The notes under the pieces were generated by a model. It saw nothing but the letters and a program-made list of their open reading frames with translations. It was not told the origin of the DNA and ran no database searches. A program made the position numbers and the translations under genes. From assembly GCA_019828565.1 (NCBI GenBank), contig JAHDYR010000012.1, positions 1,178,001 to 1,242,000 on the forward strand: a stretch of 64,000 nt of DNA, read 5' to 3'. Shown piece after piece: positions 57,871 through 64,000 of the stretch. The stretch is from Carpediemonas membranifera BICM. Lineage: Eukaryota; Protista; Fornicata. The first letter of the stretch is position 1; each line of letters opens with the position of its first letter.

Positions 57871-59475
57871 TTACCCGAGGCCCATGCCCTTGGCCATCTT
57901 CATCATGGCGCCCATGTCCATGCCCCCCATGCCGGGCATCCCACCCATGCCCCCCATCTGGGACATCATCCGCTCCATGTTGGCCATACCCGCAGGCCCA
58001 CCCATCTGCCGCATCATCTGCTGCATCTGCGCGCCCATCGCGCCGCCCCCCCGGCCGAGGCCGCCCATCATGGAGCTCATCATCTTCTCCATGTCGCGGG
58101 GGTTCATGTTGCCGAGCTTGCCGGGGTTGAGGCCGCCCTTGCCCAGCCCCTTGCCCATCATCGAGAACAGGTTCGCCATCTTCTTCAGCTGGGCGAAGAG
58201 CAGCTTGATCTCCTCAAGGGGTACGCCGCTTCCCATCGCGATGCGGCGCAGGCGGGACTCGTCGTTGATCTTGGCCGAGTCCAGCTCGCCGGGAGTCATC
58301 GAGTCGAACACGTACTGAACCTTGCGGAGCCGCCCCATGCCGTCCTGCCCGTCGAGGTCGAGCTGGCCGAGTCCCCCCATCCCCGGGAGGTGCTTGAGGA
58401 AATCGGTAATGCTGCCGCCGTCGAGCATGGAATCCATCATTCGGAGCTGCTCCTGGATATCCCTGAATGACGTCTCGCCCTTGAGCATGTGCGTCACCAC
58501 CTCGACAGACTTCTCGGAGTCGAGACCGGCGTTCTTCATCTTGTTAATAAGCCCGCCGATGTCGCCCATGCCGAGCATGCGGGAGACGAAGCTCTCGGGG
58601 TTGAACTCCTGCATGTCGTTCATCGTCTCACCGACACCGATGAAGGCGATGGGCGCCCCAGTGGACACAACGGACGTGAGCGCACCGCCGCCCTTCGTGT
58701 CGTCCGAGTCGAGCTTCGTGATCACGTGCGACCCGACGCCGACGATGGAGTGGAACTGCTCGGACTGGAGCGCGATGATCTTACCGCTGTTTGTACCGTC
58801 CATAATAAACATGATATGGTCGGGGTTGGCCGCTTCCTTCACCGCTGCCATCTCAGCCATGAGCGCCTCATCCTGCTGGGTGCGGCCGGACGTATCGACG
58901 ATGACCACCTCGTACCCGGCCTCCCGGAACCGGGCTACACCCTCCCGGGCAACCTGGGCAGGGTCATCGACGTCACTGGTGAAGCATGGCGCGGGTACTG
59001 TACTCGCGAGCTGGGCAAGCTGGTCCCTGGCGCCAGCACGGAATGTGTCAGCGCCGATGAGGGCGACGCGGAAGCCCTTCTTCTTGTAGTGGCGGGCAAT
59101 CTTACCGCACGTGGTGGTCTTACCAGAACCCTGCAGACCAACCATCATGATGACGTTGAACTTGTTGCGCTTCGGCTTAAATGTGGGGACCTTCTCGCCG
59201 TCGACAGTGGGAGTCATCATCGCGACGAGCTCCTCAAACACCGCCTGCTGGATCATTACGCGGACGTCAACAGAGGGGGCAATTTCTTTGAGGTTCACAC
59301 GTTTCCTAACGCGGTCACGGAACTTGTTGACAACGGCAATTGGGACATCGGCGATGATGAGAGCCTTCGAAAGGTCCTTGATCACTTCATCCAGAACTTC
59401 AGCTGTCACTGAGTTTGAATCTACAATCTTCTTCAAAGCAGCACCAACCTGCTGGCCAAGAGCTGCTAAAACCAT
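57871..59475 (-). CDS. SRP54: Signal recognition particle 54 kDa subunit
   Basis: GLQGSGKTTT, DTFRAGA, DTSGR, TKLD, Met-rich M domain (RRIAMGSG). Confidence 0.97.
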   Translation of the reverse strand: MVLAALGQQVGAALKKIVDSNSVTAEVLDEVIKDLSKALIIADVPIAVVNKFRDRVRKRVNLKEIAPSVDVRVMIQQAVFEELVAMMTPTVDGEKVPTFKPKRNKFNVIMMVGLQGSGKTTTCGKIARHYKKKGFRVALIGADTFRAGARDQLAQLASTVPAPCFTSDVDDPAQVAREGVARFREAGYEVVIVDTSGRTQQDEALMAEMAAVKEAANPDHIMFIMDGTNSGKIIALQSEQFHSIVGVGSHVITKLDSDDTKGGGALTSVVSTGAPIAFIGVGETMNDMQEFNPESFVSRMLGMGDIGGLINKMKNAGLDSEKSVEVVTHMLKGETSFRDIQEQLRMMDSMLDGGSITDFLKHLPGMGGLGQLDLDGQDGMGRLRKVQYVFDSMTPGELDSAKINDESRLRRIAMGSGVPLEEIKLLFAQLKKMANLFSMMGKGLGKGGLNPGKLGNMNPRDMEKMMSSMMGGLGRGGGAMGAQMQQMMRQMGGPAGMANMERMMSQMGGMGGMPGMGGMDMGAMMKMAKGMGLG

Positions 59476-59671
59476 GGTGAATGCCCTGTCTTGTGATTTC
59501 AGTGCCTAAAATGCACAGGATAAACACAGACGTATGATTGGAGTGAAGGCATGGCTGACTCCAATAGTACTTCTTAGAGTCCAAACATCCTAGTATCGCC
59601 CCAAAAGAGACGTGTGCATTTTAGCCACCATCATGATAGACGAGCCAGGACAAAAGGCCGCCAAACAGAAT

Positions 59672-61529
59672 ATGCCCAAGAACTACTTCGCCCGTCAAGT
59701 GCAGACGGTGCCCATTGAACTATTCAATGCTAAACGGAGCGATAAGTCCAACCAATCCATCCCTACCATCAATGCGTGGAAAATTCACCCCGTGACTGCC
59801 AAGCGGACACTGAAACCGACGTGGGACTCCAGCTTGACACGTTCAGTGCTTTCGTTGCGTGGCACGACATACATCCAGCTCCCAGACAAGGATCCCGATC
59901 GCCGTTTGTCAATCCCCACAAACTAACCCAGTTGGTCTCACCCAGGGCTTCCTATGCCTCCAGATGTTCTCCCCGGTCGGCACTAAGTTCAGCCTGCAGC
60001 TAAATATCACCGACAACACGAACACTCCACGCCGGCTCCACCTGTCAACCGCGATCCAGCACATCCCGTCAGACATCTCGCTCAACGGCCAGGCACCCCT
60101 CAACATAGGGCAGGGTGCATGGCTCAACTTCGTAGTGGATATCCCATCATTCTGCCAGGGTGTGTTCCGAACGGGGTTCAGCTCCCTTGACCGCATCCAG
60201 GTCCACGCCAACTGCGACCTGGCTAGGGCCCTCACACTCCCGAGGCCCCCGGTCCACAACCTCCCTGTGGATGCCTACTCCTCGGCCGTGGCGTATGAGA
60301 TGGCCGACGAGACGGCGATCCCGCGGACGATGCAGCTTCCCCCGTCAGTCGGCAGGTTCACTCAGATATACACCTTCGATGATGCGGCCGGCCTGGTATC
60401 CGCCCTGGAGGACCAACGGCATGGCGCGGAGATGCCTCCGCCCCGCCCCGAGCCCCGTCGCCGCGGCTACGACGCCCTACCTGAAGTCCCCTCGGAGTCC
60501 CCATCTCCCGAGACGTCGCGGATCTCAGCATCCCCTTCGCCGTCCCCCGTGGTGCCGAGGACGACCCAGCAGGGGACGCGCCCCCATCCCCACAGCGCGG
60601 GGTCTGGCCCACCCCGGTCACAGATCCCGCGGCCCTCAGCCATCCCACGGCCACGGTCGACTCGGCCCATGGGCGGGACTAAGCCCGCTCTGTCCAGGGA
60701 ACTGATGCAGCCCAAGCCCAAGCCGCGGCCGGCGCCAGGGATCGCGGCGCGGTCGGCCAAGCCCCCGTCGCAGAGCCCCGGCAGGGCGGTTGATCCGGTG
60801 GGGCTCGGGTGGGAGTCGACTCCGCAGCCTAGGGTCAGCCGGCCCGTCAGTGGGCGGCCTCGTGCCACGGCGGAGGAGACTGAGGTCAGTATGGTCGACA
60901 TCAGCGCGGAAAACGGGATGATTGAGCGCGACCTCACGTACGGTGATGACCGCGATGACACGTTTGAGAGCCATATCGAGATGGATGAGGCAGATGACGA
61001 ACCCGAGCCCCGTGGAACCCGGGACGAGCTCCTTGAGTCGTCGGGCCTCGACCTCGACGAGCAGCGGCTGATCGTTGCTCAGCTGGAGCGGGAACTCGCA
61101 GCCTTCGCGACACCCGACTCCCGCGGGACCGAGCAGGCAACGAGGCCGGCAGACCCGGACGGGTTTGACGACAGTCTGGGCATTGAAAGGGACAGCGGCC
61201 TTGTCGACGACGATGATACTGGCCTGGCGGATGACCTTTCCGGCATCGCGCTGGAAGAGGTCGATGACGTGGTCGACCCAAGGGCCAAGCCGACCGCCCA
61301 AGTCTCACTGGGGTTCGATAGCGACCCTGCCGACCTGCCCGCCCCCATCCGGTCTGACAGCCCCGCCCGGGATCACGACGACGAGGAAGAGGATGCACCG
61401 CTGCAGTCACGGCTGGCGGGGTTGCCTGCGAGGTCTGAGATGGTGAGTCGGGACGACGACCTGGTGTACCTCTCGGACCAGGAGGCGTGGTACAACCCGG
61501 AGACGGGCGAGTTCTTCGATGCCCGGTGA
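59672..61529 (+). CDS. CFAP20DC: CFAP20-domain-containing protein (C3orf67-like); intron 59904-59931
   Basis: IQLPDKDPDR|LGLTQGFLCLQ...ITD...RRLHLST...WLNFVVDI...SLDRIQVHANC; C-terminal LVY...WYNPETGEFF. Confidence 0.82.
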
Positions 61530-61919
61530 ACTTGTTATATGCACTAAATTATCGGCACAACTGGCGAGATCCGACATTACGAATAAATGGAGTAGCGACG
61601 ATACATGTGCTCAACGGAGACCCAACAACCGCTGTCAATACCATATTCCATGCGCAGCGCGCGCGAGAGCTGCCATCCAGGCAATCATGGGCCCCATTCG
61701 CAATTCTTGAACACTGCCCGATGACTGCCCTGCGCAGCTTACTCTCAGCCTGCACAACACGCAACACAAGCTGAAGCGGAACTTCCTCCGACGGCCCACA
61801 GCCCGGTGCGCCACAGCCACTCGATGTAAAGAGAATATCTGTCAGCCAAGAGCGGACCAAATTCCCAGAGCTGTGTGTGGGCTGGTCCAGGGCGTCGAGC
61901 AGACCCAATTGAGCGCCAA

Positions 61920-62095
61920 TGTTAACTATGATGCAGGATTCGATTCGATATGATCAGATCCGCGTAAGACTCATGAAGAAATCTCGGGCAGTTTCCGTCG
62001 TCCTTACGCGAACTTTCTCGAAAGTTGTTTTAACACGCTATACAAAGCCTTATTCAGCAATGTTTGACTTCACTGGACAGGTTGTTGCTGTAATA
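61920..62095 (-). repeat. Possible 3' LTR of the retrotransposon (boundaries uncertain; could extend to 61533)
   Basis: AT-richer non-coding segment after pol, minus strand TATTAC...TTAACA. The partner LTR lies outside the window. Confidence 0.3.
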
Positions 62096-62172
62096 CGGCC
62101 TCTGTTGTTGGGAACGTTTATCCTTAAAATCTCCACTAAACTCTTGCGAGTCAAACCTGACAAAACCCTCAG

Positions 62173-64000
62173 CTACATCCCGCTCTCCATGGCATGACTC
62201 GCTAAGTAGTCATCGAGCGCCTTGAGCTTCGCAACAACCACATAGGGCTGCCAGTCCTCGCTGCCATCGGCCCATTCGACTAGGAACTCCTGCTCACCAT
62301 TGTCTGTCACGTGCGTGTCCTTAATGCGCGACACCAGGATCTCCATCATGTCTCGTCCGTTCATCGTCATCAGTTTCTCGCGCGTCCAACCGGTAGCGTC
62401 AAATTTGCGCACACGGTCGAAGTGGACGCGCGTCGTTATGTCCTCATCCGGTCTACGTGCCGTGACTCCATAGTCATGCACCTGTACGACCTCATACGGT
62501 CCTTCCCATGTTGGCAGCAGCTTAGCTGCCCGTACACCTGGCAAGACCAGCACCCAGTCCCCGATCTCGACGCGTGGGCTGGTCCTGTCCGCCTGGCGTG
62601 CGCCCCTTCTCCTCAGGGTCTCGCGTTGCACCAGAACCGCGTCGTCGCGTGCTCGTCTCAAGTACTCCTCCTGCTCATCGCCTAGGTCCTGATCCTGGAC
62701 CTCGATCGCCGTGGTCGGCTCTCGGCGTGGGAGTCCCGCGTGTGGCTCCGGCCCCATCAGGCCGTACACCAGCCGTGCCGCCGTCGTCCCCGTCGCCTCG
62801 GAGTACTCCGTGTTGAGCTGCCGCTGAACGAGGGGGATGAACTTGTCCCACTGCTCAGCCTCGCCCCACTCCAGGACCATCGCCCGAAGTCTCTGCAGTA
62901 TCCGTCTGTTCGCTCGCTCGCACCCACCGTTCGACGGTGGATGGTAGGGGAACGTCTTCGACTGTCCCGTCCCGAACCTCGCGACCAGAGCTGCGATCGT
63001 CTCGTTGATGAACTCACGCCCGTTGTCAGAGTGCAGGGTCGTCATCGGCCCATGGTTTCCGATCCAGCGCGTTATGGCGTCGGCCGCGGACGCGGCTGAC
63101 TTGTCCACCGAGGGGTAGATCTCGACGTATCTCGTGAATACGTCAATTACCGTGACTACATACTGAGCGCCGCTTTCGGCCTCTGGGGTGATCTTCAGCG
63201 TATCGATCGCGACTTTCTGGAACGGAGTCTCCACCATGTGAGTCCCCATCCTCAGTTGCAGTTGATCCACCGATGCGAGCTTCTGGCATGAGCAGTGGTC
63301 CACGAACGACTTCACGTCCTCCCACATGCCGCGCCACACGTAGCCCTTCTCCTTCAGCGCCCTATACGTGCTGTACCGTCCCAGATGCTGTGCCATGCCC
63401 TTGTGCGCCCTGGTCACCGCCTCGCTCTTGCGCTCCTCGGTCATCTCGCCTGTAGCGAGCTGCCTCTCCCGGTCTCGCGCCTCCGCGGCGTCCTGCGTGA
63501 AGTCGGCCCTCTCCTCGGGGTCGTCGGCCTCGTCCGGGTCATCGTCCTCTTCCTCCGCGCTGGTGTCCTCCTCGCTATCCGCAATCTGCACGAAGTCGTC
63601 GTCTCCAAGCCTGTTGGGTCTGCGCGTGTGCCTCCTCGGCCTCGTCGCTGCCGCCTTCGCCTCTGGGAGGTTCCTTGACAGCGTGTCTGCGACCACGTTC
63701 GACTGACCCGGGAGGTGAATCACGTGGAAGTCGAACTCCTGCAATGCCAGTCTCCAGCGCAGCACTTTGGCCGACGCTGTCTTCTGCTCCATGTACGTGA
63801 GATTCTTATGGTCCGTCTCGATGGTGAACGTGTATCCCTGCAGATACATACGCCACTTCCGGATACACTCGACGATGGCGAATGCCTCCTTCTCACCGGT
63901 GGTCCACCTCTTCTCCGCCCCGTGGAACGCACGACTGTACACCGCGACGACGGCCTCTTGACCGTCCTGAGTCCGGTTGCATAGCATACCCCCGAGCCCG
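62173..64000 (-). mobile_element. Ty3/Gypsy chromovirus pol 3' part (RNase H, integrase, chromodomain), truncated by the window edge
   Basis: EKEAFAIV and IETDHKNL (RNase H); H...H...CSC zinc finger; AIDT, SDNGREF, GGCER DDE core; WEGPY; EFLVEWADGSEDWQP chromodomain. Confidence 0.95.

Noticed and set aside
1-64000. CRISPR array, tRNA or rRNA genes
   Set aside because: No regularly spaced repeat-spacer array, cloverleaf or rRNA signature was seen.

Overview
This is a gene-dense, GC-rich eukaryotic window. It has tiny GT-AG introns (25-38 nt, branch point fused to the 3' splice site), very short intergenic spacers and a GTAAA(Y) motif just after most stop codons. That architecture points to a fornicate/metamonad protist such as Carpediemonas (inference). 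Most of the window is housekeeping and flagellar genes: kinesin, SNARE, CEP41, HPS4, an amino-acid transporter, an Na+/H+ exchanger, PIKfyve, IRE1, Pirh2, Sfi1-like, RPL23, Cwc21, TEX47, Man1/Src1, cyclin B, ArfGAP, COG6, TBP, DnaJ, SRP54 and CFAP20DC. The top finding is at 54.2-56.2 kb: a split Fanzor/TnpB-family (eukaryotic RNA-guided nuclease) gene. It keeps the RuvC-II, zinc-finger and RuvC-III motifs, apparently lacks RuvC-I, and is followed by a strongly base-paired ~320 nt candidate omegaRNA. Also notable: a 3-nt microexon that supplies the kinesin P-loop lysine; a 777-bp inverted duplication that copies a Stum/Spec3 gene and supplies the stop codon and 3' end of a bacterial-type GNAT gene; a triply frameshifted gene with three internal repeats; and the pol end of a chromodomain Ty3/Gypsy retrotransposon. 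Family assignments come from motif recognition by eye, not database searches.
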